A DNA stretch of 64,000 nucleotides from Hydrolagus affinis (Eukaryota): the NCBI GenBank assembly GCA_012026655.1, contig JAAILG010000276.1, positions 1 through 64,000 on the forward strand, read 5' to 3'. A model generated the notes under the pieces. It ran no database searches, was not told the origin of the DNA, and saw nothing but the letters and a program-made list of their open reading frames with translations. Shown one piece after another: positions 24,062 to 36,460 of this stretch (positions are counted from its first letter, which is position 1; every line of letters begins with the position of its first letter). Position numbers and translations under genes: made by a program.

Positions 24062-24240
24062 GCAACTTGAAGGATTAAGTGTCTGCAAGGCATCTGGACC
24101 AGATGGGATTCATGCTAGAATCCTTAAGGAATTGAATGAATAAATTAGCGATACTCCAGTTGATATTTTTTATGCTTTAGTACCAAAGAACTGGAGGTTG
24201 TCAATTGTTATCCCAATACTCAAAATAAGGAACAACACTA
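24062..24240 (+). mobile_element. CR1 ORF2 fragment (pre-RT region)
   Basis: LEGLSVCKASGPDGIHARILKELNE then VPKNWRLSIVIPILK; matches the CR1 KSPGPDGIHPRVLKEL and P.DW..ANV.PIFKK motifs. Confidence 0.85.
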
Positions 24241-24283
24241 ACGCTTTTGCCTTATCAACCCACCATATTTGGGAATGGTGTTG

Positions 24284-24455
24284 GAATAATAATGATCCTT
24301 GCATCTGATATACCGCCTTATCACACCTTTGAGACATCCCAAAGCGCTTCACGTAATATTCTGTAGAATGAATTGACTGCACAATTTGTGGGTGAAACGC
24401 GGCAGTCAATTGCCTACAGCCATGTCCCACAAACAGTTGTGCATTGAATGACCCT
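24284..24455 (-). mobile_element. SINE 3' half
   Basis: aataataatgatccttgcatctgatataccgccttatcac...gaattgactgcacaatttgtgggtgaaacgcggcag. Confidence 0.88.
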
Positions 24456-25484
24456 CATTTTTTTAAAATACGAATATATATGCATACATATATGTATATT
24501 ATATTGAGCAAAGTATGTATTTCAGTGATATAACATTTACCAATGAGCCGTCTAACCTTAATTTTAAAGCTGTATTTCTGAGTCCTTTAATGTTAAAACT
24601 GAATTCCACATTTTGCTAAATTCTGAATTGATGTTTGTGTTAACACCCCACCCTCCCATTCCCCTCTCCTATACCACTTTATTTCCTTCCCTCTTATTCA
24701 CACATCAAGATTTCCCCTGCATACATTAACCACACTGGTTTGAGTATTGAGTTCAATGTTACTCATCACACTCTTCATGCAGAGGTTACTCCAACACTCT
24801 TAGATCCACCTCTGGATATCGTGTGTTTATGTCCTCTAATTTTGGACTAACCTACTAGTGGAAGCAGTTTAAGAACAGGCTTACCAAATCAGGTAAATCT
24901 GATAGTGTAAATCTAGACTGGAGGTGGAATTTCTTTAATCTTTTATAGATGGAATTTCTCCCCATATGTTTACCACGAAGGGTTAAAACAATGTGCAAGC
25001 GAGCTGACAGAGATATAATGGGAGCTGGGAGTGATGTTAGAAACAATGACAGGCCATGGAAACATTCTATGGAAACTCACAACTCAGAGGCACGGAAAAG
25101 AATAAAAACAATTTCATCATGGCGAGGAGAAAGGTCAGCAGAACTAATACCACCACAATAAATGAGACAAAATATTACAAAGATTCATCTTCCCGGTAAA
25201 ACAAAAAGATGGTACAGATTATGAAACTGCCCTTACCAGAAGGAATGGTACGAAGGAGACATTTGAAAGAGAATGACTAACCATCTGTCAAAGCAGCAGA
25301 CGGAGGGAATACACAAAAAAAGGAGACAATTTAGGAACAAAGAAGGAGCAAACTAAAGGAATAAAAGTAAACTCATCGCAGGAAATCACAGACCGCCATA
25401 AATGGAAGAACTGTTTCAGATGGAATAACTGAGCAATCACATGCCACAACTGGTAATAAATCTCATGCGGTGCTTTGCTATGCT

Positions 25485-26040
25485 CCATGTAGTTTACTTG
25501 GGCTTTCAGAAGGCTTTTGATAAAGTCCCACATGAAAGACTCCTAATTGAATTGAAAGCCACAGGTATCCAGAGTAGAACGTGGGTCTGGGTAGATTGGT
25601 TAGAAGGAAGCAGATTACTTGTGAGTTGCATAATATCAGAATGCGGGAGGCACTTGATGGAATCCCATAATCCATTTGTGAAGTTTCATTGTTTCTGTTA
25701 TAATGACCTGAATATGAACACTAAGTGTGACATTGCTAAATTCACAAGATCACACAGTTGATTTGGATGAGGAAGGCCCTTTGGCCCTTTTGATCTTATC
25801 TCTCTACCCTTGTCTTCCCATCGCAGCCTCAGTGTCTTGTCTTAACCACCCTTCCTGGCAATCTGTCCCAGTCATTAATTACCATCTGGGTTTGTGGGTG
25901 ATCCATCAATTTGGAGATCAGCTGAGCGAAAAGAGGCTGCTCAATAGTTAGTGAAGGATGTGGACATATCACACCGTTGAGCCGACTGCTGGGAAATAAT
26001 ACATTGATAAATGTAAAGTACTCTACATTGGTTGATATGT
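25485..26040 (+). mobile_element. CR1 RT fragments, interrupted by an opposite-strand CR1 3' piece at ~25750-25890
   Basis: VVYLGFQKAFDKVPHERLLIELKATGIQSRTWVWVDWLEGSR and gataaatgtaaagtactctacattggt (DKCKVLYIG). Confidence 0.82.
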
Positions 26041-26666
26041 ATTACAGTAAAGTTTGAACCGGCAGAGAGAGAATTAGCATAAGACCAGGGATTTATGAAG
26101 GACTCGTCTCGTTCAGTGTCTTAACAATCCTGAAAATAATCTGCCTTAAATAGCAGCTCTATACTCTTCCGCTTATAGGATCAAACTGCTTCTTAAAAGT
26201 TGCTTGGCCTTAGCCACCTTTGCGGGTCACCCATTGGTTAAACGGGGCAGCAAAAGCTCTATTACCGGGAACACATTGGTGTATTTTGTGTAACACTGAT
26301 GTTGTCAGGAACGGAAAAAAGGTCAAGTCTTCCACTTTGGGAGGATTTTGGAGGATTCCCGCATTTCTGGCAACTCTTTGCATTTGGATGTTTTTAGCAA
26401 GCCAGCACGCTGAATACTTCTTTATCATTGAAGAAAACTGGGTGCTTTATCTTTTGAGGCCAAGTGGATATTGTCCAGATCAATCTTTTTTTAACAGCTA
26501 AAGAAATCATTCATTCCTCCAGAAAAATGTCAAAACCTGAGGCATGAAACACCGCTTATAAGTCCATATTCAAAAGGGCACAGTTTGTAACAATGTCAAT
26601 CAAAGCTAAATATATATATACATAACTCAACAAAAAACACAAAACATCAGAATCAACAAAAACGAG

Positions 26667-26715
26667 TATAAATGAAGAGGGAGTTTCATCATGTGAAACT
26701 CCCTCTTCATTTATA
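26667..26715. repeat. Perfect 22-bp inverted repeat with a 5-nt loop
   Basis: tataaatgaagagggagtttca-tcatg-tgaaactccctcttcatttata. Confidence 0.97.
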
Positions 26716-27064
26716 ACCTAGAAACCTTCATTTATAACCTAGATGAGATGCCCCCATCTCATCCCACCTCCAACTCAGCAAACAGAACAAAAAGTCCCCG
26801 ATGTTGTCTATGTTCGGAAAGATTTTATTTCGTGCTCTTCTTACACACGTTACCAAGTGCATTTCTAAAAAAACGTACACTGATGTTAGTCTTAGAAGCA
26901 ATATGTTGCCCTTTGAAAACAAACTATTGGAAATACCAGATGAAATAGACAGATTTCAACAAGAACACATTTAGGCAAGAATGAATTGATTCATTCGTAG
27001 ATTGATTTGAGTTTCTTTGAGTGGGTGAGTGAGGAGGGGGACTGGGAGAAGTGCTGACTCTATT

Positions 27065-27195
27065 TCTGGTTATAGAGGTATGCATGACACAGGTTACAGA
27101 GGAATGTGTAATAGGGGTTATTGAGATGTACATAACTGAGGTTACATAGGTGTATGTAACATAGGTTGTTTTGAGGGTGTGATGGATGTGACTGA
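27065..27195 (-). repeat. Degenerate ~22-bp minisatellite (inverted relative to 27415-27690)
   Basis: aggttacagaggaatgtgtaatagggg, gaggttacataggtgtatgtaacatagg. Confidence 0.6.
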
Positions 27196-27207
27196 AACAT
27201 GCTGATT

Positions 27208-27281
27208 TTAAGCACACTGGGACGCTGCCCGACATGCCTTGCACCATATAAATGCAAGTTGTTGTTGTGTTGTTGTTGTTG
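27208..27281 (+). mobile_element. L2 3' stub with (TTG)n tail
   Basis: gcacactgggacgctgcccgacatgccttgcaccatataaatgcaagttgttgttgtgttgttgttgttg. Confidence 0.75.
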
Positions 27282-27414
27282 ATTTGTTTCTAAATTGAAA
27301 ATACATAACCTACATGTCAATCGCTTAAAGAAACTCAGCTGTAAAAATGTTCTCTTATCGCAAAACAAACTGACAGAAAATACACAGGGAAAATGAAGTC
27401 TCAAATACCCCGTG

Positions 27415-27690
27415 GTAACCTACAATGCATATTATATACAGCTCTGCAACCTACACCCCTATAAACTGTTACATACATTCCTGTGATCACTGTTACACAT
27501 ACTTCTGTAACCTGTTACGTGTAAGTATAACCTGATACATACGCCACTGTGACGCCTATTACTGTACATGCACTTCTGTGACCCTTATTACACATACTTC
27601 TGTACTGTGTTACTCCCACCTTTTGTGACATACACCATGATGATCCCTGCCACACACACACCTCTGTGACCTCTATGACATACAATTCTA
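27415..27690 (+). repeat. Degenerate ~22-bp minisatellite
   Basis: Units such as tgttacacatacttctgtaacc, tattacacatacttctgtac, cacacacctctgtgacctc. Confidence 0.65.
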
Positions 27691-28182
27691 ACTATAATAA
27701 AGGTGTAAGACTGTACCAACCAAGCGTTACATCAGGGAACTGTAAAACGCAATGCAATCGCAGACTCTACACGAGCGAGTCTGACCAGAAAAAAAAGCAT
27801 TTGCTCTTTGAAAGATAATTCGCACTAATCTGTGAAAATTAGTGAATGGCAAACAGCATTAGTTAAAAGGCACATGACTTAGCCTCATTGCGTACAGTAT
27901 TGGCCGCTATATCAACCATGCCTGTTTCTGACCTCTGGCACACAATGGTTTAGTGCTCAGTAAAGTGTCCAACTCCCATTGTGTGACCTTCATAGCAGTC
28001 CTGTCATTGCTTTTGTGAATCACAAGGAAAGGAACGGGTGTCAAAGAGATCTGCATGAGCTCTCGTTTCAAGGCTGGATTTAACAGGAGCTCAGCACCAG
28101 GGATTGTGCTTTACTGATTTAGAGCCAACTCAATAATACCTTGTTTGGCTTCTGCTGCCAATTAATATTTCACTTGGAGCTG

Positions 28183-28217
28183 AAATGGGCTCCGCGGGCC
28201 CAGTTTGCCCACCTCAG
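28183..28217 (-). mobile_element. Possible hAT-type terminus
   Basis: Minus strand ctgaggtgggcaaactgggcccgcggagccc, similar to 9828-9876. Confidence 0.3.
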
Positions 28218-29989
28218 CATGAAATCCATTACAATTTGAGACTAGAAAGTTTAGTCACAGAGTGATTTCATACGAAGGAATATTATAGTTCACACAATCT
28301 GCAATATTTTCAATACAGCTTCTTTTCCCAACCTAGTTCACACTGCATTACCCAGTACAGTAACAAACAGGGGGGTGGGGGAGAGGAATGCAAATGTCCC
28401 TTACTTAATCAGGTCAGTTTTCTCGAAATGCTTACCATTGAATCTTTTGAGCATTGAGGCTATTTCTATGATATTAAGCAATGAACGTCATTATTCCAGC
28501 AAATGCCTCATTTATATCCCCGGAAGTGATTTGAACTCACTTCTAGCAGTAAAGCGATTAGGAACGGCAAACAATATTTATATTTCCAGCACCCAAATCT
28601 CTTTGCTGGGGGCTGAGGAGAGCTCAACTAGAGCTGAACGCCAGTTAGATTTTCAATGCTTTTGAAGCTTAAGGGAGGCGCAATGGATCACCTAAAAACC
28701 TTTATTGGACCAATTTAGCAGAAGGCTTGAACGGAAACCAAACTGTCTTGCACAGTCTTCCGTTGCACTGTGAAACCACCTTTCTTGCTGCAACCTGCTA
28801 CCATGGCCCATCTTCCAAAGCAATTTTTAAAATAAATCAAATAAATAGTCATACATTATCCTCTCTTTCAAACCTCTGAATCAAATTGTTCACCAAACTC
28901 TACAGCACTCTTCAAAATTGCCGACCAGCTGGTTTCCTGTGCTAAATATGTTTGATTTCTGGGTTACCATTGTCACTTGCTATCCAAATCATGCGCATGA
29001 TGTACACAGGTCACATTTGCACCACTCACTTATTACAAGATTGGTCCTATTACTTTCCAATGCCACATCTTCATCGCAATGATCTGCACTGTCTCTTCAC
29101 CCTATGTCGTTTGAGAGTGAACCCATATCGCCTTGTTTTGGAAGTTGGGACCTGATCGACTTCCGAAGCGTCAGAGCAGAGTTACTGCCGGTCGGCGTGA
29201 CGTGCATCCAATTACCAGCAGGATTCACTCTTCGAGGTTTTGAGTTACTATCTGTGAATCCAAGTTGCAAACAACACAGTATTTGATATTCAATTTGACG
29301 ACAACTTCTGGTTCAAACGTCCTTTGACTTTCAATGAGTACGTGCTGATGAGCTTTCTTTTGCACGGTAGCTATAATATGACACAGTAACACACCTGCAA
29401 TGGAATGGACATCAAGCAATATATCTAATGAATGGGTGTTCTGATTGCCAGGACCATTGCAGTCCAGAAACTATCATATCCCATTTTTGGTTTATCAGTT
29501 AAAAAACATTATGACATATTACCAAAGACATCCACATGTCAGAGTTACATACCATTGTACTTTTGCAGGGCTTTTAGGTGGCTAAAAAGTGCTTTGCTTC
29601 CACAGTATAGTGAAGCTCTGAAGTATGTATTTATGCGTGTATTGGTTTAGGTTTTGGAAATTGTGTCAGATAATTGCAGTAATAAACTCACAATAAGTGT
29701 TCTCTTGGGGGGTTTGATGCATAATGCCCATTGGAATGAATTCATTTGTTTTTGCTTCAATAATAGAATCCATATTAACGAAAAAGCTATCAAACTGTAT
29801 TGATATATCGTGGGCGTACAAACATATTGTTATGAGCTTGATTGCTTGAAGACTGAAGTAATTAAGTGAGGCTGAATTAATTTTATATAAATATAGAAAC
29901 TAGCTCAATGAGACTCATCAGCATGATGAAACATTAATTAAAATGAAAGTTTAATCCAACAAAGTTTACCACAAATTCTAGGTAACTGC

Positions 29990-30388
29990 AATTATTATAA
30001 TAGCAATATTCCTTACATTTTATATCGCAACTTATTGCAAAGCATTTCACAGGATTCATTGTCAAATGTAGTGATTGCGTATTTTGTAGACGAATAAGGT
30101 AGTCAATTTGCGTACAGCAACATTCCACAAACATCCATGAAATGAATTACTGATATTGTGGGCCTAGACACTGAGAAAAACTCCCAGCTCTTTTCAAACC
30201 ATACCATGGGATCTTTAACATCCACTTGAACAGGCAGAAAGGACCTCATCTGATGGACAGCTTCTCTGGCAATGAGGTGCTACCCTCAAAACTGCACTGA
30301 ATGACTGTCTAGTCTGTGAGCTCAAAGGCCTAATATGGGGTTTCTGACTCAGAGGCAAGAGTACAACCAACTGAGCCTCGCTGACACC
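29990..30388 (-). mobile_element. Full-length diverged Deu-domain SINE
   Basis: Minus strand ggtgtcagcgaggctcagttggttgtactcttgcctctgagtcagaaac...caagtggatgttaaagatcccatggtatgg...tail aaatgtaaggaatattg. Confidence 0.82.
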
Positions 30389-31789
30389 TAATTTTTGTAA
30401 TCAAACAAGAAACATTTAAAATAAAACAAGGTATTCAAATACAATAATTTGCTAAGACTGTTTTTAAATGCCTTGTCATGTGTATCATTATTCAGTGAAA
30501 GAGGAGTGGGCACTGATAAGTGTTTTATATTGCAGTCTATCTTAATCATATCTATTTTTTCTCAAAGGCACCATCAAGGCTCAAAGAGTAGAATTTTTTG
30601 TGAAGGATCTGAAAATGGATATTGGGTGGAGAATTGGATTATGCATTAACCTTCGGGATGAGAATGAAACCACTTCCTGAAATCTGATCTAACTTTGTTG
30701 GCGGTTTTGTCTGCATGAGTGAAGCGAGCCAGATCCCTGCCTTTAAGGCACCTGAGTTTGAGTTCTTCAGAATGCCATCATTTTCGCTTTTCAAACAGAA
30801 AGGATTTTTCCACCTCCCGAAAAATACCAGGACAAAAGCCCTGAAAATTGTTTCTCAATGTCTCTGCTCTTGTTCATGGTCAAGTGGGGTCTGTACTTGA
30901 GTAACAAGAGGCAGTTTGATATGTTCCCAGGAGAAAAGGCGTCTTTGGGAAACCAATCTTAGAAGAATAAAGAACTGTGCTATGTTGTTCTCCACAAAAT
31001 GTTAACAGCGTATCTGAGATTGAGGTAGGAGCCAAATGAACAAGAACACTTCTAAACTTTGCGGGTGAGTTGCCTCCTGCTGTCAATGTGCAACGTGCTT
31101 AGAATGGGATGGGGGAAGTTTTGCCGCAGTGGGGAAAATGTGGGAAAAGAAATCCATCGCTCTTTTTCTCCAAATTGCAAAATTTCTCGTTTGCAAAGTT
31201 CCCAACCGTAAATGGCCTGCATTGTTTTTTTGGAGAAGCGATCTTTTCATTGATCAAAATAATAATATTTCTTGCATTTGATATAGCATCTCACCACGTT
31301 GTTGTGACATGTCAGGAGAGTTTATGGACTCCAAAGCATTGAGTAATAAATGAACAATAACATATACAACAACAACAAAATTACATTTATAAAATGATGC
31401 ATTTATTCCTATTACTGTATTGGAATCCAATTTTGGAGCCCAATACACTTGGCCCTTGGTGTGGGGGCTCTGTTCCTTTGGGTGATATAAAGTAACATTC
31501 AAAGAACAATCATGCTGATACAGGATATGCATTACTAGCACTGGGGATTAGGGGCTGAATGCCAGCAATCAACTTCTGTCAGCAATACTTGGCGGACTTA
31601 GAGGCATCAGCAAATGTAGACAAAGAAAGTAATAATAATAACTTTGCATTTGTAAGGCACCCACCTTTCATGTAAAATAAACATCTCAAAGCACTTTATA
31701 AAATGTAAGGCAGCCGCCAATCTTCCAATCAATTTTCCCATAAACTAGAATAGAATGAGCAGCGAATTTGTGCGATTTAAGAATCAATG

Positions 31790-32125
31790 TTATAATATAA
31801 TCCTTGCATTTGATACAACTCCTTATCACGACATTTAGAGGACTCAAAGCGCTTTACTGTATAAATACTGTATATTGAAAAGTGAATCATCTGTATATTT
31901 TGTGGCCAAAATACAATATGAAATTTGGATGGGGGATATATATCTATAGGAATAATTTGGAGAAATAACTTTCTAATTGAGGAAAAGCTAACAATTAGGG
32001 ATGCACTTTACCAGGAAGCTAATAATAATAATCCTTACATTTATTTCAATTATTTTGACATTGTGAAGACGTCTTATTGTGCTTCACAGGAAATACTGTA
32101 ACATGGAGAGACTGTATTTCTATGG
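31790..32125 (-). mobile_element. Two diverged SINE 3' stubs
   Basis: taatccttgcatttgatacaactccttatcacg (31797) and aataataataatccttacattt...gtgcttcacaggaaatactgta (32022). Confidence 0.7.
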
Positions 32126-32601
32126 GAGCACGATAAGTAAATAGCGGAATAAAATCCAATTATCTTCTAAGATCGCACGGGTTCTGGCATGAGATTGCTG
32201 ATGTTGGTGCCTTTAATGCCATGTAAGCAGTCAATAAGGAGTCACCCTCATTAATGTGCATTCTGTGCTTTTTAATTACTTGAACAAGCCAAATTGATCG
32301 TGTAGCAGTGACAAAAGTCTACTAATCCAACTCTGAACTGCAGAGTTTTAGGAAGCGATGGAGCAAGGCCAAAATCCATAGACTGGGACTTGGGAGAGAA
32401 CGAAGGTAGTAAATCCCCAGTGGGGAGTACAAAAGACAGTTACCTTCAGCAGGATGTTCTGTATAATCAGAATTGTTGACAGTGGGACGTGATTTGTAGT
32501 AAACATTTTTAAGAAATAATTGTATTTAGTGACCTTTTACCCGGCAGCCAAAATGAATACTTGATCTCCTGTTTGTTGTAGAATTCTTTCACAAACATAT
32601 T

Positions 32602-32637
32602 TTATTCTATTCTATTCTATTCTATTCTATTCTATTC
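32602..32637. repeat. (TATTC)n microsatellite
   Basis: ttattctattctattctattctattctattctattc. Confidence 0.92.
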
Positions 32638-34353
32638 AGTAAAGTGAACTCAGCGGCCACAAACTAACCTTTGAGGTTAATATTGAAGCAGAGGGAAACA
32701 TTAAGCGTTTGACTGTGGAGATGGGTACGACAGGACTGTGTTTGCAGCATTGCGCAACTGCATCCATCATTATGTATCATCCATGCATTGCAATGCAAGG
32801 GATAGGTTTATTCCGATTGAGATGATGATATTTTAACCAGTAGAAGCAATGGCATTGCCTTGTCCTCATTTTGTATACTTGCGGTTAGCTTCGGCTCTTT
32901 TGCTGAGATTAGAATTAATCTTGCACACTGCTCTGTAATGGAAATTATACATAAATATATGAACTCTAATCCATGGGTCATGCCTTTAAGATGCTGCTGA
33001 GCAGAAGAGAGCTGTTGGACACATGCAAACAGCTGACAGTTAAACAAGATCCCTGCATAGTAGAAGGCTAAAAGCAGCTTACAATTAATTTATATATTGG
33101 TTAGTTTTAACGGGAAGTAGAGTAACAGGTCCGCAGCGATGCAGTACCTCTCCCCAGGGCTATTGTAGGAGACCGTTGACCATATATAGAAAACTATTGT
33201 AGACTTGAAACTGTGGGTTGGACCAGTGGCACAGTTAAAATCCTGCACCCGTGGAGTTAACTCTAATTGTCAATATAGGCTAGCACCACGTGTTATTGTT
33301 GCTTAATACTTTTGTGACATTTATAGATTCTTGTCTAAAATTTGCATCCGTGGTGCATTAATATTACTGGAGGATACACACAATCAAATTGTAGGAAATT
33401 CGATTTATTTACTTCTGACATATTTCACCGCTTCCACTCACTGTACACAAAATCCGAAACTTAACTGAAAATTTAACTTACTATAAAATAAATGCTATTG
33501 TGCATCAATTCAGATTACATAACATGTTGGAGATTTTAATTTTAAAAACGGCATCACCCTAGAGAAAGGCATAGGTAAATTATTTGGCACAAATGAACAA
33601 GCATATCACTTGAAGGCAATGCTTTAACCAGGTTTTCTGCTGTTTCTGAATTGTAATACACTCTGTAGGGATTAAACATGTATATTTAACTGTAGTAGAA
33701 ACAGAAAATTCTGCGATCAGTGCCTTGAAGTTGACACTGGATTATGTTTGAAGTGCTGCTGGTAAAAACAATACACATTGTGATGTTGCTTCCTCTGTCT
33801 GTTGAAGAAAGTTCTTAGTTTCACTTGTTCACTGTGAGCACAGCCCCACTTCCAGCTCCTGTGCTCCGAATTTAAGATTTAAGGCATTATGATGATAAGC
33901 TAACTAATGTCAGGTCAGATCTGGCTAAATCACTAATGCCACTAGTTATCTTGCAACTCACATATCCGGGTGAAGGAATATCTGAAGATTAATCTCAGAG
34001 TTGGCTTTTGGGATCAAGCACCTATAATCAAGATATTCTCTCCAGAACTTGCAGCTCATAAAAAGTTGAAAGAAATAATTTTTTTCCCATAATTCTGGAT
34101 GTCTAGGCAATAATTCCTGTTCCAAAAACCGGGGAAATATCTGGATATCAATCATACAAAGAGAATGTCAGCAACTTAATCCCCAGCTTCAAAGTTTGCT
34201 CACCTCAACTGCCCAATACCGAACTGTGGAATATTCGAGTGTGTATGCAAGTTCTTCCTCTTTCTAATTCCCTGCTCTCACTTTTTGTCTTTGCACGTAA
34301 TCATATTGGTTTATGCATAGGGGATGGTAAGATATAAAAAAATGAATAAACTA

Positions 34354-34549
34354 CACTAAAAGCCCGTTTATCCGTGACCCGATCAACCGTAACTTCCGTA
34401 TAACTGGCACCTCAAGAAAGGTCCGCATTCGATTAACCGGAATTTATCCGACACAATGCATTTAAAAAAAAAATATTTATATTGTATTTTCGGCCGAATA
34501 TCCGGCATTGGCCAGGCCCCGAGGGTGCCAGATAATTGGGTTTTTACTG
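34354..34549. mobile_element. Tigger/pogo-like (Tc1-mariner superfamily) MITE, ~196 bp
   Basis: TA|cactaaaagcccgtttatccgtgaccc ... gggtgccagataattgggtttttactg|TA; imperfect 27-bp TIRs, TA target duplication, CpG-rich interior. Confidence 0.8.
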
Positions 34550-34555
34550 TACATG

Positions 34556-34665
34556 GTGGTGGGAGAAATTGGAGATATATGGGACTGAATGAGATGCTCT
34601 TTATAAGAGTGAGGAAAGACGCACTGGGCTGAACAGCCTTCTTCTGCACTGTAACATTCTATAGT
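34556..34665 (+). mobile_element. CR1 3' end
   Basis: atgggactgaatgagatgctctttataagag...ctgggctgaacagccttcttctgcactgtaacattctat. Confidence 0.7.
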
Positions 34666-35079
34666 TGACTATTCGCGCAACCAGAGACCTTATTATTTTT
34701 ATTTTAACTGCAAAGCCAGAGCTAATAAATAATTAGCCATGACTTCTGATCTCTACAAGCCTTAAATAAACAAATGCTTGGATTCTTCCTCCTTCACTGA
34801 GTCTATTGAACTGTAGTGTTGTATTGATACGTATTCCTGCACACATGTTAAATCATTGACACTCTGAGCGCAACTTTTCATTATAGCCGTCAAGTGCAAC
34901 TTTGGATATCTAAGTTACATCATAACTGGCAGCATTAGTAATTTATAAATGACTCAAACTCTACTACTTTATTTAGTGTGAGCTGCTCAGCACATCTGCC
35001 GGTTTCAGTGGGAAAGAAAATTATTTTCCACAAACTTTGAACCAAACTCAGGTTGCTTTGCCAGTTCTACCAATTCCCA

Positions 35080-35310
35080 ATAGCTCTGCGGCCTGGGCCG
35101 GAATCCAACCCAGAATCAAGGGATGAAGTCTTCTCTCTGATCACTGGTCCTATATGAAATTTTCTGGGTGTTCCTCATCCAATTCCTAGAAGGCAGTGAG
35201 CCACAAAACAGCGACTGACTGTAATATGCCTGTAATTGATATTAAGTTGGCAATCTTACTCAGAGATGTCATGAGGATAGATGGTATGGAAAATGAAAAT
35301 GTCAAACATG
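35080..35310 (+). mobile_element. LF-SINE-like relic
   Basis: gaatccaacccag...gaagtc...ggtcctatatgaaat...tccaattcctag...ccacaaaaca...taattgatattaagttggcaatcttactcagagatgtcatgaggatagatggtatggaaaatgaa; colinear with the recalled LF-SINE consensus. Confidence 0.62.
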
Positions 35311-35884
35311 CACAGTAAGTGATGATCTTACGAGGAAGGAGTTGACGAGCAAGTTAGTTTAGTGGGGAATCTTCGTTGCATTTAAAGTATGTTTTGCCTA
35401 ACCTAGGAGTCTCATTCCCAATTCTGTTATCTCTTGCCTTGATGAACATGAACGTTCACACATGTGCACACCAACGATTATCCCAAGCTTGACACATCTG
35501 GCAATTTCTGATATACAATGACATCCACGGAGCTAATACAACCCTGCAGATTTTGAAATGGGTGTTTTTGATCTGCTCGAACTGCGTGATTTATGTGTCA
35601 TTTCCAGTTCACCGTGGGATAAAAATCTCCAGCTGTTGCCATTAAACATGTAAACATATTCACTTGTCTTATATCCATTAGAAAAATATAATTCTGGTCA
35701 CGTTATAGGTCGTTTTCAACACCGACACATGTCAAACATTCTCTTGGCATCTGAATCTTGAAACCCACTCACGTCACTGGGTGGTGGTGGGAGGAGGGGG
35801 CGGGTAGAAATCTTTGGTACAAAAACAAGGATATTGGCTGTGAGCTAGCCTAACGTTTGGTAAGCTCTCTATTTTGCAGTTTTA

Positions 35885-36265
35885 CACCAAAAACTACTTG
35901 CATTTATTTAGTGGCATTCATGAGCGTCTCAGAGTGTTTAACAGTGATGGAGCACTTTGCCGAGTCTGGAGGTGGCCGAAAGCACAGTCGTAGAGGAAGG
36001 CCTTCAGTTGTGATCTAAAAAAGTGGAAGAAGGGGGCGAGGAGGAGGAGGAATTGGGGGAGAGAGAGTTCCAAAGCTTCGGAGCATAGTGGCTGGCCACC
36101 GATGGTGGACCGGAGGGGAAGGGGGAAGAGGGACAAGCACAAGGCCATGGCCAGCTAAGTGGAGGCAGCAAGTAGTGGAGTGGAGAGAAAGCAGTTCAGA
36201 ATGATAGAGAGGTGCCCAGGTGTGAAGGGATTTGCAGACGAGTGAGAGGGTCTTGACATTTTTAG
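35885..36265 (-). mobile_element. L2 3' fragment (ORF2 C-terminus)
   Basis: Minus strand contains tccaccatcggtggccagcc (STIGG), ccgaagctttggaactctctc (PKLWNSL), caactgaaggccttcctctacgactgtgctttcgg (QLKAFLYDCAFG), then tail aaatgcaagtagtt. Confidence 0.8.
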
Positions 36266-36274
36266 GAAAAACAC

Positions 36275-36460
36275 CAATATTTCTTTACAACAAGGGTAAT
36301 CTACAGCTGGGAACAGATTACGAGGAGAGATGGTAGAAACCAAGATGTTGGATTCAATTAAGAAACAGCTTGTAATCGGAAGACAGTCCGGTGGGTATCA
36401 TAAAGGATTAGATCAAATGGGCTGAAGGTCCTTCTTTATTCACTTCACTCCTGTGTGATC
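36275..36460 (+). mobile_element. CR1 3' fragment
   Basis: ttctttacaacaagggtaatc...tgggaacagattacgaggagagatggtagaaacc...gatcaaatgggctgaaggtccttc. Confidence 0.65.

Noticed and set aside
28090-28110. REST/RE1-like site ctcagcaccagggattgtgc
   Set aside because: Only the left half matches; the GGACAG core is broken. The half site at ~41060 has the same problem
33118-33265. hAT-like MITE with tagagt(t)aac ends
   Set aside because: The inverted match is short and no 8-bp TSD is present
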